Counted from the first letter of the stretch, positions 38,417 through 52,989 are shown. The stretch is 64,000 bases of DNA from Eledone cirrhosa (GCA_964016885.1 CAXHJY010001326.1:1-64000), one strand, 5' to 3'. Translations and numbers: made by a program. The notes: a model not told the origin generated them from the sequence alone.

Positions 38417-39285
38417 CATTTGTAGTTTTTCCAAATTGAAGGATGAGTATTTTAAACTTTATTTTATTCTGAGTTAAGGCTCTATTAATTTTTCCCTGGA
38501 TTTCACCAAATTCTGTAGATGAATCTATATCCTGATTCTTTTTGAATATATATCATTTAATATGGAAATGGTTTCTATAGGACTAGGACTGATTCAACTG
38601 TGACGATTCTATATGAACGAAACAGTTCTAGTCCTGTGAAAGCTATTTCTATATTAAATAATTATGTTTACAATCTACTAAAGTATAGAGTACCTTTTTA
38701 ACTGTGGTTACACCCGACTTTACTCAGGATCTACACACACACATTATATCTATATCTATATATATATATATGAACTGCTATATATATATGTGAACTGCTA
38801 CAAATAAAGAGCGTCATGAATATATTTCCCATTCACACATTGATTATATTTCAAAGCAGTAAAATAAAAAGAACAAAATGTACAAAAACAAACAAAATCA
38901 ACAGCAAAAATATATACAACAACATAATCATCTTGTTTCCATTATATGCATTTCTAAGATAATATATCCTTTTAATAACCAGCATATTCATGTTTTCATT
39001 GCTTTTTGTTTTGCTTCTTGTTGTGTTATAGTTGTTATTTGTTCTTAGTTTTGAGATTCTATTTTGTAATTCCATCTCCTGAGATTTTGGTTTTTCAGAC
39101 TCAGGAAATTTACTAATTCATTTCAAATATATCTTTCAAATTTTAATTATTCTCGTTTTAACGAAACATCAGATATTTCAATTTCTTTTGTCTAACAATA
39201 AATTCTTTCCTCTCATAAACTCACAATGTGTGTGCATGTGTGTGTGTGTGTATATATATATATATACTCATATATATATTCACAC

Positions 39286-39316
<31 letters not shown>

Positions 39317-40515
39317 TGAATACATAAATATATATATATATACATGCACAGATATTTTTGTGTCTAAGCATGCATAATTGACACAGCATGGCGAAATGTT
39401 TACTTAATTCTTTTTACATTCACACAGGCCTGGGTTCAATCCTATGGCAGAAAATTTTGGAAAAGTATCTTTTACCATAGACTCTCATAAACACACATAT
39501 TGTCAATGAAATTGCTCAGAAGTTTGTATGATGGATTGTGTCTCTAATTCTTATGGACAGGCTTGTCCCACACTGATTCTGCCTGATAATAATGTTCAGC
39601 ATACATAAATCTGTGGAACACTCAATCATATACCTGCACACAGCATATATACCTATGTATATATTGTGCCTCTATTTTATTTACACCATTTTCAATGTAA
39701 CAAGTATTTTGAATTGAGGTTTTGTAGGTCTACTACTAAGTAAATTGCACACTAGTTTTTCACATTGTATTTTTGTGGAAAAAATTTGACTTTTCCACAA
39801 GTGTATGCAGTGTGAATATATAAGTAATGCGTGTGTGTGTGTGTATGTGTACACACACAATATAACAGGAAAAGAGAAAGGGATGATGAGAAGGTGGGAA
39901 AAAGGGAAGGAGGGGTGGTAGAAAATAATGAATGAGTGAGAAATATTAGGTGTGCGAGAGATAAAACAGGTATTAAACCAAGAGAAAAACACAGGGAGAG
40001 GGAGTGAGCGAGAGAGAGACACTGTGTAAATGTTAGAGATATGTGAAGGAGAACTACTTCCAATAATCAACACAAACAGGCCCTGTAGGGAGAATTTGAA
40101 CCAATTATCTTCATGTTAGGAGAATATGCTTAAACCAAGTGAGCAGAAATACCAACAAACTTCTCCAGTCAGTCGGCAATATATGTGTACATAAGAAAAC
40201 TATGACACGGCCCACAGTAAACATGAGAGTCAACCTAGCAAAGATACAAGTAGGCCAGACAAGACCAGACCAACAGAAGAACTATGGTGGAAAAATAAAC
40301 ACATCACTGTTGATCTTAAAACATTGCAAGTCTTAATTCACTGAAGCAGCAATAGTGTAACAGTGTTTATCAAAACAGTAGTTAATTAAGCACTGAAACC
40401 AGCAGAGCTTTCTTCCTGTTGCCTTTTTATATTTTATTTAATTTCTTCACCATACACCTTAGAACATTCCTCCATTCTTCTGTGTTTGATGATGTTCATA
40501 TTATCATCATCATCA

Positions 40516-40565
<50 letters not shown>

Positions 40566-40884
40566 GTTATTGATGTTGTTGTTGTTTTTGTAGTGTTGTT
40601 TTTGTTGTTGTTGTTGTTGTTGTTGTACATTGATTTGAAGAGAACTGGTGTTTTGCAATGAAATCTTTAATTTGTGTAAAATACCAAAAGGAAACAGAAG
40701 TCTGTTTGTGGAATCATCTATGAGTTAAACAATCTTTGATTGTCATGTTTAATACTGTCACTGGAAAATGATGCCTGAACATGTTATTGTAATACAACAC
40801 AACAAACAGCACGTATTTCTTCACAAGGCATATCATCATTATTATTATTATTATTATTACTATTATTAATGGTGATAGAATAGT

Positions 40885-41820
40885 AAGGGTGGAGGATTGG
40901 AAGAATCATGAGAGTGTCAGACAAAATGCCTTGCAGGAATCGGACTTTTTACATTCTGTGTTCAAATTTGACTAATGTCAACTTTGTTTATCATCCATCC
41001 AAAATTGATAAAATAAAGTACAAGTTAAGAATTGGGGTCAATATAAAATAAGGTATCATGTTCAATATAACCGACTTTCTCCATTAAAAAATTAAGGCCT
41101 TGTACCTGAATTAGAAACTATTATTATTATTATTATTGTGTGTTCTTCTCTATATATTATGAAGAGCCCGGTACTTATACGGTGGATTGGCAGTATCGGT
41201 AGAGGGTCGGCGCCATGCTTTGCAACAAAGAGTTACGGCCCTTTGTGGTCTGAGTTCAAATCCCGCCGAGGTTAACTTTGCCTTTCATCCTTTAGGGGTC
41301 GATAAAATAAAGTACCAGTCACGCACTGGGGTCAATTTCATTGACTTTTCCCTCCCCCCAAAATTGCTGGCCTTGTGTCTATATAAGAAACCATTATTAT
41401 TATTAAAATATGGAGGGTGGTTGATTGGCAGTATCAGTAGAGGGTTGGACGCCATGCTTTCTAGCATAGAGTTACGTCCCTTTATGATCTGAGTTCAAAT
41501 CCCGCCGCGGTTAACAACTTTGCCTTTCATCCTTACGGGGTCGATAAAATAAAGTACTAGTAATGCACTGGGTTATTGCTGGCCTTGTGCCTAAAGTAGA
41601 AACAATTATTATTAAAATATGGCAGTAGATTGACAGTATCAGTAGAGCATCAAACAACATGCTTTGTGAAATATAGTTACAGCACTCTAGGTTCTGATTT
41701 CAAATCCCGCTGAGGTTAGCTTTGCTTTTAAAGTATCAATAACACAATAGGATTGCTTTAATCGACTTTCTTCTCTTCCCAAATTGTTAGCCTTGAGCCT
41801 AAATCAGAAACCATTATTAG
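40885..41820 (+). mobile_element. Head-to-tail array of four Meta-like SINEs
   Basis: Units at about 40885, 41175, 41415 and 41620, joined through att-rich tails; TSD attattattaaaatatgg around the third. Confidence 0.9.
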
Positions 41821-42534
41821 AATATCACCAATTAATCTATAAGATTTTAAGAAGAATCACATATTTTTCCCACTGAATACCGAAGTGAGATGTCCCAGGC
41901 ATATACTTATTTTCTACATATCACTAAACTGAAACATATTACACCAGTTTCAGTGTGGAAGTGAATATTATTCAGGTTTCGTTTTCACTGTAAAAATCGC
42001 ACTCCTATTGTCTTTGATCTGTTTTGAACAACTGGGAATTGGTAATAAAATCATTAAGTAATCATCATCATCATCATCGTTTTTACGTCCATTTCCACAT
42101 GAGCATGGGTTGGAGTTGTGAAACAAAAACTATATTCTAAATGACAATTAAAACATTTTAAATATAAAAATATTAAAACTGTATAAATATATTTAATGCT
42201 CATGAGAATTTCAAAACAACATCTAAACATGATGTGTTGATTACCTGCCTCAGTTTATTAAATGGGTTTGGATTTTTGCCTATTTCTCAGACAAAATAGG
42301 GGGCGGCTTATATTCCAGTATATATATAATATAATAATGATGCGGTTTTTTGATGCTATGATTTTTATGGTTGAATACCCATTCCTGATGCCAAAGATTT
42401 TTATCACCTTTTATGGCAACTATTCTAAACTATTCTACACATAACATTAAACAGCCATAATTTTGAAGACATCACACTATCAACACATAAGTCTTAATTA
42501 TTTTGAACAAGAATAACAAAACATTATTACCTCT

Positions 42535-42878
42535 CATCATCATCATCATCATTTCATTTTACGTCTGCTTTTCCCTACTTGCAAGGGTGGGACGGGAACT
42601 GATTCTGGCTTGATTTCTACAGCTGGATGCCCTTCCTAACACCAACCTCATTTACAGTGAGTGCTGGGTGCTTTTTTGCCGTGGCACCTCCACGACCACT
42701 TTGCAGTGGAATGATAGGGACCCCAGCCCCAACCATCTCATTTCTACAGCTGAGCAAACTGGAGCAATGTGAAATAAAATGTCTTGCTCAAGGAAACAAC
42801 ACATCATCCGGTCTGAGAATTGAACTCACAACCTTTCGATTGCAAGGCCAATGCTCTAACCACTAAGCCATGTGCCTC
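42535..42878 (-). mobile_element. Full-length CORE/RTE-bipartite SINE
   Basis: Near-identical to 35514-35868. Confidence 0.9.
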
Positions 42879-43499
42879 CTATATACATGTTAATCAACTT
42901 GATACAAGGATATGAATCCTTGTCTATTAATTGCCATACACACATCAATAACATTGATAATTTATAGCTGATATTATCAATATGATGTTTCATAATACAG
43001 CATGATATTAATTAATTAACTATATTAATATCATCACCATCATCATTAATGTATCATTATCTAACACTAGGATATTATCAACATGTTTCAATAGCAAAAT
43101 TTACTAATGATATAACTTTCATTTTCGCTTTCCATCTTCATAGGTGCTGGCATAGTTGTAGCTGTGTGGTTAGGATGTTTAGTTTGAAACCATAATGTTT
43201 AGGGATCCATTGCACAGTCCAGCAAAATGTCTTACTAAAGCCTTCAGCAATATTTGCCTTGTGAGTGAATTTTTAGCTCTTTCAAAGAGTTATCCCTTTC
43301 TGCATATGCTGCAGCAAATAAAAAAAGAAAAGGTCATGCTCGTGCAGCACACATGAAAGTCATTTAGATCAAGTGATACCTGCGCTCGAAGCTATTTTAA
43401 GTTAAGAAAGGCCTTGTACTGGACCAATCCCACTCTCTGAACAATAGTGTCCAAAAATAGAACAGTATGCATGGTGGAACCAATGTGATCTGATTTGTG

Positions 43500-43955
43500 A
43501 ATATGGTAACATATGCCAAGATGCAAGGAAACTTGGAGTAACGTTACACCATCGAATTTTATGTTAAACCTAAGAAAATCAAACCTATGGAATGCTAGAG
43601 GAGAGCTATGGGGGAGAAAACAAGTTTCTAAATATGATTCACGTTATTTTCTGAAGGAAATGACAGGTTGGGGATGAAAGCAGATGTGGAGCACTAAACA
43701 GCACACGAAAGGAGGAAAACACTGAGTGTTAGTGATGCAAAACCATCAAGTAACTGTGAGGATGACATCTGAAGCTATTGGCACAGTAGTCACAATTTTG
43801 ACCAAAAGTCATGAGCTCCACAAAATCTGCACCAAGTTCACGTCAAAGATCCTCACCCACGACCAAAGATAGTTTTGTGTGGAATGTTGCACTGACATTC
43901 CTGATATGATAGTGACTAATTCTGGTTTCCTGAATAAAGTAGTGACTTGTAACAT
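43500..43955 (+). mobile_element. Heavily decayed mariner transposase
   Basis: RYTIEFYVK...HQVTVRM..TILTK..LHKICTKFTSKILTHDQR..FLNKVVTC. Confidence 0.65.
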
Positions 43956-44814
43956 TATTTTAAGTATGGTGCTTGCTTCATTCATCTACCTATTGGACTG
44001 GTGAGATGCATGGCCTAAACAAACTGCACCACTTGCTTAAACGGTGTCATTGTAAAGACATGTGGAGACTCACAAAAACACACGTGTGTGTGTGTGCATG
44101 TGTATTCAATTGGCTTTGCCACACTTTGTGTCAACCAAATTTCAATTGTAAATCATTGGTCAGCCCAAGGTTAAAAATTCCTGGCAAAGGTGCCACACAT
44201 TGGGACAATATCAGACAACATGTTTGTGAAGTAATCTTTATAACCACATAATCAGATGTGCATATATAATATACACAAACACTCAGACACACTCACTATT
44301 ATCAGCTGCTTTGTTACCTAATTTACTACATTTTGTCTTTTATCTCTTCGTTATGTATATATATGTAACAGCCAGGAAATAACTGTTGGAATTTAGCTAC
44401 TTGATGTTCTTTAGTGTTGGACGATTCATCATCTTACATAGATTATAGATGATCAACAAATGGCCTACAATATTCTCCAAGGATATTAAGACAGCATTTG
44501 TCATTAAATGAATCAAAACTTTCCCCATGATAATTAAGTGTTAATATATCTTTGTCGTTTGTTCTCTATGTAATTTATTAGTCCCTCAACTTCTTCATAA
44601 CAGCAGATACAATAGTGAATCACAAATTGGATCATCCTTTGGGAATTTTAATGATTCCAAATGAAAGATTTTTTCAATTTAGAAAATGACACTATGTAAG
44701 ATCAAACTTAAGTGAAACTATATGTGTTTGCTTTGCATCCATGTGGGTTCAGATTCAATTCCACTCTATGGCACCTTGGGCAAGTATCTTTTATTATAAA
44801 CTCTGGTTAAACTT

Positions 44815-45150
44815 GTGAAGGCACATGGATTAGTGGTTAGAGCATTGAGCTTACAATTGGAAGGTTGTGAGTTTGATTCTCGGATTGGGTGATGCGTTAT
44901 GTCCTTGAGCAAGACACTTTATTTCACGCGGCTCCAGTTTACTCAGCTGTAGAAATGAGTTGCAACATCAAGTATCAAGCTGTATCGGCCATTGCCTTTC
45001 CCTTGGATATCATCGGTGGAGTGGAGAGGGAAGCATGGTATGCATGGGTGACTGCTGGTCTTCCACAAACAACCTTGTTCGGACTTGTGCCTCTGAGGAA
45101 AATTTTCTAGGTGCAAATCCCATGGTCATTTGTGTCCAAAGGGGGACTTA
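44815..45150 (+). mobile_element. tRNA/CORE SINE with a different 3' body
   Basis: Same head and CORE as 35514; distinct tail shared with 46270-46610 and 37860-38050. Confidence 0.85.
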
Positions 45151-45439
45151 ACTTGGTTAACCAATAATTTATGGGTGAGATTTGGTAGATGGAAACTGTG
45201 TGGAAGCATCTTATGCATGTGAGTTTTGTCCCACAAATTAAAAGTTTCACAAAAAAGATATTGATAAATTAAGTACCAGACTTGAAAATAATATGTAGTA
45301 GGATTCACATGACTGATTGTATTGAAGAAACATCTTATCTAGTGTTGTATGACAGACTACATCTACCAAATCTTTCACCATATCCAAACACGCACACACA
45401 TATATGTGTTATGTGCATGTTTGTGTGTGTATATAATAA

Positions 45440-45700
45440 TAATTGTTTCTACTTTTGGCATAAGACCAGCAATTATCTTAGTGCATTACTGATACTATAT
45501 TTTATTGATCCTATAAGGCCAGACATTTTGGAGGGAGGGGCAAGTCGATTAAATGATCCCCAGTATATCAGTGGTGCTTTATTTTATCGACCCCATTAGG
45601 AGGAAAGGCAAAGTTAACCTCAGCGGGTTTTGAACTCAGAACTTAAAGGCCATAACTCTATGCTGCAAAGAAGTGTGTCTGAGGCTTTATCGATACAGCC
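45440..45700 (-). mobile_element. Meta-like SINE(s), nested
   Basis: Two tails and one core. Confidence 0.7.
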
Positions 45701-46102
45701 AAGGAACAAAGTATCAATACAGCACCATTATGTTTATTCACATGTCCAGGAATCAGAACCCAAACTTTATGATTTTGAGACCAACAGCCAAAATACTGTG
45801 TATTTGTATGTGCATATATGTGGCATCTGTCTCTTCTTTGCTTAATGATTTCCATTCCTGCAATTTTGTCTGTACATTTTTTTACCATGTTTGTTCCTAT
45901 TTTGTTACTCCTTTAATTTATTCATCTATATATCATATATTGCTCTATCTCTCGCTCTATATATATTATATATATATATATCTTTGGATAAACATCCATT
46001 GAGCTTTTCGAGAAACACAAGCATCATACATAGTATATATGTTGTGACACCTTAAATTAGCATACATATATATTATATATACTTATATAGATACATGCAC
46101 AC

Positions 46103-46154
<52 letters not shown>

Positions 46155-46269
46155 TTTGCAAACTAACTGAAGAAAGGATTAACTACCAAACTAATAATAA
46201 TACTGTGGTGCATATATTTTTATTGGCAACATGACCCACCCAAATTATAACAATATATAGGGTAAAGGG

Positions 46270-46610
46270 TAAATACCCCCTTTAGTCACAAATGGCCCTG
46301 GGATTTGCATCTAGAAAGCTTTCCTCAGAGGCACAAGTTCGGGCAAGGTTATTTGTGGAAGATCACCAGTCACTTATGCATAACAGTTTCCTCTCTCCAT
46401 GCCACTGATGTTGTCCAAGGGAAAGGCAATGGATGATACAGCTTGGCACCAGTGACATCACAACTCATTTCTACAGCTGAGTAAACTGGAGCAATGTGAA
46501 ATAAAGTGTCTTGCTCAAGGACACAACTTATCACACAGTCCAAGGATGAAACTCACAACCACACAATTATAAGTCCAATGCTCTAACCACTAAGCCAAGT
46601 GCCTTCATGA
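46270..46610 (-). mobile_element. tRNA/CORE SINE (44815 subfamily)
   Basis: Reverse-complement similarity to 44815-45150. Confidence 0.85.
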
Positions 46611-47142
46611 ACTATATATATATATATACATATATAAAATACAGGTGGTTATTTAGAGATGGGCATATGTTTCATTTGTATGAGTTTTTAATTTTAATGT
46701 GTGTAGCAACATTTTGATGCACACAACATTTCAAAGCTATTCACTGGAAGCATTTTTATATGTCCAGCACCAATGCAAGAACTGCATATCAGTGCATCAC
46801 ATTACCAGTGACTGCTTTGTCCTTTTGCACTGATGAAGGAGACAAGATAATGATCATGTCTCCATTAGAGAATGTTCTGGAGGTTTCTGTTGAAGGAGGC
46901 AGGCAGTACAGGTTTGACATGTCTAGGTTATGTACATAACACACATGTGTGAGGAGGATTATGGGGAAGCATAGGAAATGGTATCATCTTCTTAAATAGA
47001 GTGGGCATTGTTTGAGGTGACAGCAGGCAGGAGTAGTTTGCTGATATATATATATATATATATACACCTATATGCAACTATATATAAATATATATATATA
47101 TATTTATATATGTGTATATATATAGTTGCATATAGGTATATA

Positions 47143-47175
<33 letters not shown>

Positions 47176-47437
47176 TGTTGCATGTAGGTATATATAATAT
47201 ATACATATTGTTGCATGCATGTGATTGAGTGGAGATACTTTTCTAGTAATTGTGGCAGAGAGAAAATATACATATATTTCTTATTTGCATTATAAATGTA
47301 TGTATGTGTTTATTTGTATGTGTACACATACATGCACACACACACACATATGTGCATGTTTGTATTTTATATGCACATGCAATCCAGGTACAATAATCAA
47401 ACACACAGATGCATAATTACACACATTCATATGTGTG

Positions 47438-47483
<46 letters not shown>

Positions 47484-47907
47484 TATGCACACAAATATAT
47501 GTATATTTGAATGTATGTAATTATGCATCTGTGTGTTTGACGATTGTAGCTGGATTGCATGTGCATATAAAACACAATGCACATATGTAGCCATATGCAA
47601 GTGGGACGGGATGGGAAGAAGGGGCTACTAAGATGATTGGGCTAGTAGACAGCAAGATATGCAAATCAACCCACAATCATCTACAAGCTACAGCCACCTA
47701 GTGCAACATTAATTTATCAACTGGCTTTCTTTTTCTCTTTTGTTTCCAGATTATGTATGTGTGTGGTTGTATACATACACACCCACATATCCATATACAC
47801 ACACAGGCATATATATATACATCTACACACATATACCTATGTCTAATATATATATATATATATATACATGTCTATATATGTAGATATTGTCCATATAAAT
47901 ATATATA

Positions 47908-47955
<48 letters not shown>

Positions 47956-48579
47956 CACATATATATATATACATACACATATATATATACATACACACAC
48001 ATATACATATACACATATATATATATACACACACATATACACACACACACATATACACACCCACACACACACATATATATATATATATATGCATATATTT
48101 ATGCATATGTTTGTGTGTGTGTGTGTGTATGTTATTTGCTCCATACATTGATTAGCCTGAAAGCAGATAATCAATAAGCTGTCAACCAATCTTGTGTAGC
48201 CATTGTGAGCAACTGCCATTGTCCACCGAATGAAGATTGGCAACTTAGAAATAAAAAAGATGGGGACAAAGGACTCTTAGTATATACTGCTTTGTATTCT
48301 TTATCATATATATATATACTCGTGAGATATATATACATATAAATGTACACATGTATATCTCAATAGTATATACATACATATATCCATACATGTACCACAT
48401 GTATATATCAGAAATATCTATTTCACTAGTATCAACATACATAGTGTTATATATTTATATACATACACTGAGTAGGATGTACATGCATATTTACACTGAG
48501 TAGTGTATACATATATGCATACATACATTTTCAATGTATATTTATATGAGATATCTATCTCAGTAGTATGTACATATGT

Positions 48580-48671
48580 AGTGTATATATATATATATAT
48601 GCATATGGTTATATATATATATGCATATGGTTATATATATATATATATGCTTATATATATATATATATATG

Positions 48672-48704
<33 letters not shown>

Positions 48705-48805
48705 ATATATATATATGTTATATATATATATGTTATATATATATATGTTATATATATATATGTTATATATATATATATATGTTATATATATATATATATA
48801 TATGG

Positions 48806-48852
<47 letters not shown>

Positions 48853-48911
48853 ATATATAATATATAAGATCAAAAGATGGTTAAATGAGTTCCATGTATT
48901 TTATTATGCGC

Positions 48912-48970
<59 letters not shown>

Positions 48971-49010
48971 TTATATATATTTATATATATATATATATAT
49001 GCATATATGG

Positions 49011-49059
<49 letters not shown>

Positions 49060-49066
49060 TATGGTT

Positions 49067-49097
<31 letters not shown>

Positions 49098-49100
49098 AAT
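48580..49100. repeat. Compound (TA)n satellite with gtt/tgg interruptions
   Basis: Direct read. Confidence 0.9.
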
Positions 49101-49253
49101 ACAATCATTTTTGTACCAGAAGTACATACAGCCCATAGTACATATACATATATATCTTCAAACATCCATCCATGTATACAAGTTCAATATGGTGTGTATG
49201 TGCTGTGTGTGTGATGTTTTATCAAACTATATCTATATGACAAGACTCCTTAC

Positions 49254-49328
49254 TTGTTGGGATGGTGTTGGAGGACTATATCTCAATGGAGTGTCAATTG
49301 TTCTTATAACTTCCAATGTCATTGTGAC
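49254..49328 (-). CDS. Candidate 75-nt phase-0 exon (VTMTLEVIRTIDTPLRYSPPTPSQQ)
   Basis: Pyrimidine tract then cttag acceptor; caa|gtaagg donor; only one open frame. Confidence 0.35.
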
Positions 49329-49479
49329 CTAAGCTGAGCAGTAGAAAACATGAAGTGAGGAAAGTTTCTAGGTTCACTTTTTAGGATAAATTTTATTTAT
49401 TTAAAAATAAAGTTACATGGATTAATAATTATTTCCTTTAATCTACTAACTCTTCTTATTTTTTTAATTATTATCATCT

Positions 49480-50049
49480 GTAGAACATCGGACACCATTT
49501 TTTGTGGCATAGAGTTACGTCTCTTTACGTACTGAGTTCAAATGCTGCCTAGGTCAACTTTACCTTTCATCCTTATAGGGTTGAGAAAATAAACTACAAA
49601 TAATGCACTGGCATTGGTTTAATCGACTTTCCTCCCCGCCAAATATAGTTGTACTTGTGCCTAAATCAGAAACCATTATTATTATTTTCAGCAGTGTCAG
49701 GCAACATGCTTATGGTATAGAGTTACATCCCTTTACATGATTATTTCAAATGCTGCCAAGATTAGCTTTGACTTCCATCCTTACAGAGTCGATAAAATAA
49801 AGTTCCAATAAAAGACTGAGGTCAAGTGTATCGCCTTTTCCCCCCAAAAGTTATTGGCCTTGTTTATTATTATTATCAGTATCGGTAGAGGGTCTGACGC
49901 CATGATATGCAGCATAGAGTTATGGCCCTTTATCGTCTGAGTTCAAATCCCGCTAAGGTTAACTTTGCCTATCATCCTTACAGGGTCGATAAAATAAAGA
50001 ACCAGTAATGTACTGGGTAATTACTGGCCTTGTGCCTAAAGTAGAAACA

Positions 50050-50109
<60 letters not shown>

Positions 50110-50308
50110 GTGGTTTGGCAGTATCGGTAGAGCGCCAGACACCATGTTTGCAGCATAGAGTTATTAGCCTTTGATTCCCGAGTTGAAATCCAGCTGAGGT
50201 TAACTTTGCCCTTCATCCTTACGGAGGTCGGTAAAATAAAGCACCAGTAATGCACTGAGGTAATTGCTGGTCTTGTGCCAAAAGTAGAAACATTATTATT
50301 ATTATTGT
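49480..50308 (+). mobile_element. Head-to-tail array of four Meta-like SINEs
   Basis: Units at about 49480, 49690, 49877 and 50110, separated by (ATT)n. Confidence 0.9.
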
Positions 50309-50311
50309 TAT

Positions 50312-51105
50312 GAACTTTCAGGCTGGGGCCTATGGACAATTTCCAGAAATCCTGGCAGTGCTACCGACGAGCTTTGCCAGTTCGGGATAAACTCTACAGG
50401 CATGGAAGTGCCAACAGCCATGCATGTCCGAGATGCACGCAAGGCAAACCGTCCTGCATGCACTCATCCAGTGTCTGAGCATTGCTGACTTGTGGGTTTA
50501 TGTCAAACACCTGCTGTCGCATGTAGAACGGATGTGGCTATCAGCTGAGTCCATCGTGAGGATTGCCCTGCCCTCTTCCTTTAGCCGGGAAGGACAGGCA
50601 GTTATTATCTGTCTGGTGGCCATGGTGAAAGAGATACTATGGTGGACGCATCTGAAAGGGATGAAGATGAGCACTTACCTCTTCGGTGATGCCCTGATTA
50701 ACTTTTTCAAATTTCATTTGAAAAGGAAAATCAGGGTAGAGAGGGAAGTGCTCTCTTCCCAGCATTTTGTTGAAAGATGGGTGAGAGAGGCAAAAATGGC
50801 CCGAGCGAATGGGCCTACCCTGAGTATATGCCTGTAAATTGAACGTGGAAAACTGTGAGAGGGCACTTGCCCTGGTGGTCAGGGTCACCGTGGCTTTTTC
50901 TAATGGGCTTTCTCCACGATGGCCCTCGGAAGTCTCCCCCTATTGGGGTATTTTTCATTGTTCTTTTTTGTTACATCCGCTGTTTTTGTTTTTTTTACAT
51001 GCAGAAATGCCCATTTGTACCGTCCTGTACTGTCCTTAATGTCTACTTCGTGTAAACCCTTGTGGTTAATAAAGAAAGCATTATTGTTGTTATTATTATT
51101 ATTAC
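50312..51105 (+). mobile_element. 5'-truncated Tx1/L1-clade LINE 3' portion
   Basis: Homologous to 2103-2863 (GPMDNF, LHALIQC, LINFFKFHLKRK); att tail. Confidence 0.9.
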
Positions 51106-51559
51106 TGATGGTTTGTATTGAAAATATGATAATAACTGGATCTACTATCTGTTGAATCTCAACAAGGACCTTATACAGATAATAGTTTCCAGAGTATATA
51201 TGCAGTGTCCAGTATGACACTTGTTGGAGAGCAATTTGTAATTTTAGATCTATTTGCCTAAGACACCTTCTCAGTGGTATGGTGCCTAAAGCTCCAATGC
51301 CAAATAGAATTACCTAGTTAAGTGGTACTGTCCACGTTTATTCAATGCTTCTGCCAACCTATCATCTAGATAATAATATGAACAATACTTTCTAACATTA
51401 TTACAAGAGCAGAGGTTTGAGGAGAAGGCAGAGTAAATTACAATGATGTCAGTATTGATTGGTACCAGAAGGATGAAAGTTAATCTTGGTGTGATTTGAA
51501 CTCAGAGTAAAAGAGGTTTGAAATTAATTACTAGGCATTTTATACCATCACCAACATAA

Positions 51560-52105
51560 CCAATAATAATAATAATAATAATAATGATTGTTTTCTTTAT
51601 TAACTACAAAGGGTTCACATAAATTAAACATTAAGAACAGCACACTCTGATGCAGTCTGGGTTTTTTGTGTACAAAATTTGTCAAACAAAAAACAACAAA
51701 ATAAAACGTACAATTGAAGCACAAGAAAATTTCTCAATGGGGGAGACTTCCAAGGATCAATCGTGGAGAAAGCTCACCAAAAATCATGGCTAGCCTCACA
51801 ACAAGTGTCCTCCTCACAGCAAGTTGTCCTCCTCCAATCTACAGTTGTTTACTCAAAGCAAGTTTGTTCAGTCAGACAATATTCACCACTCATATCCATC
51901 TTTCAACAAACTGGCTGGAAGGCAGCATTTCCTTTGCTAAATTTTCTCTTCAAGTGAAATTGTAAAAAGTTAATCAAAGTCTCACTAACAAGGGAAAGTG
52001 CTTGTCCTCAACCCTTTCAACTGCATCTACCACACAACCTCTTTTAACATGGCCAGCAGGCAGATGAAAATTGCCTACCCTTCTCAGCTAAGGAAGAAGT
52101 TGGGA
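51560..52105 (-). mobile_element. Diverged Tx1/L1 3' fragment
   Basis: Reverse complement of the same 3' UTR and ORF2 end. Confidence 0.75.
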
Positions 52106-52954
52106 ATAATAATAATAATAATGATTTCTTTTATAGGCACAAGGCCAGCAATTTGGAGAGAGGGTAAAGTCAATTAAATCGATCCCAGTGCATTACTGGT
52201 GCTTTATTTATTGACCCCGTGAGGATGAAAAGCGAAGCTAACCTCAACAGGATTTGAACTCAGAAGTAAAGAGACGTAACGATATGTCACCAAGTACATT
52301 GTCCAATACACTACCAATTCTGCCAATCCACAACATTGTCATAATTTATTATATAAATTATAATAGTTATAGAATTATCATCATTTACCATTCAATTTTC
52401 CTTGCTGGCATGGGTTATCACAGACCAGGTCAGTATTTAATCAGAACTTCCAAGATAGCCTATAATAATATAGAAACAATGCCAGTAATTTGTGGGGAAG
52501 GGAAAGACAATTATACAGATTCCAGTTTTTGATTGATGCTTTATTTTAGAGGCCCCAGAAAGATGAAAGGCAAAGTTGACCTGAGTGAGATTCGAACTCA
52601 AAATGTAATTAGCAGGAACAAATGCCACAAAGCATTTTAGCTGGTAGCCTAACGAATCTGCCAATCCACAAAACATTACTTACATATAATAATAAATAAT
52701 ATTGATGATGATAAGATTAATAATAATAATAATAATGATTTCTACTTTAGGAACAAGGCCAGCAATTTGGGGAGAGGGAAAAGTCGATTAAATCGACCCC
52801 AGTGTATTACTGGTGCCTTATTTTATTGATCCCCGTAAGGATGAAAAGCAAAGTTAACCTTGGTAGGATTTGAACTCAGAATGTAAAGAGACGTAACTAT
52901 GTCACAAAGCAAGGTGTTTGACGCTCTACCAATTCTGCCAATCCACCGCTCTAC

Positions 52955-52989
<35 letters not shown>

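Noticed and set aside
40885-41820. Repeat-spacer appearance suggesting CRISPR
   Set aside because: Units are SINEs of about 190 bp in eukaryotic DNA; no cas genes.
47753-49214. Many long IY/HT/CV-rich ORFs (also near 23241, 20101, 28501, 40419)
   Set aside because: Translations of (TA)n, (CA)n, (GA)n and (ATT)n microsatellites.
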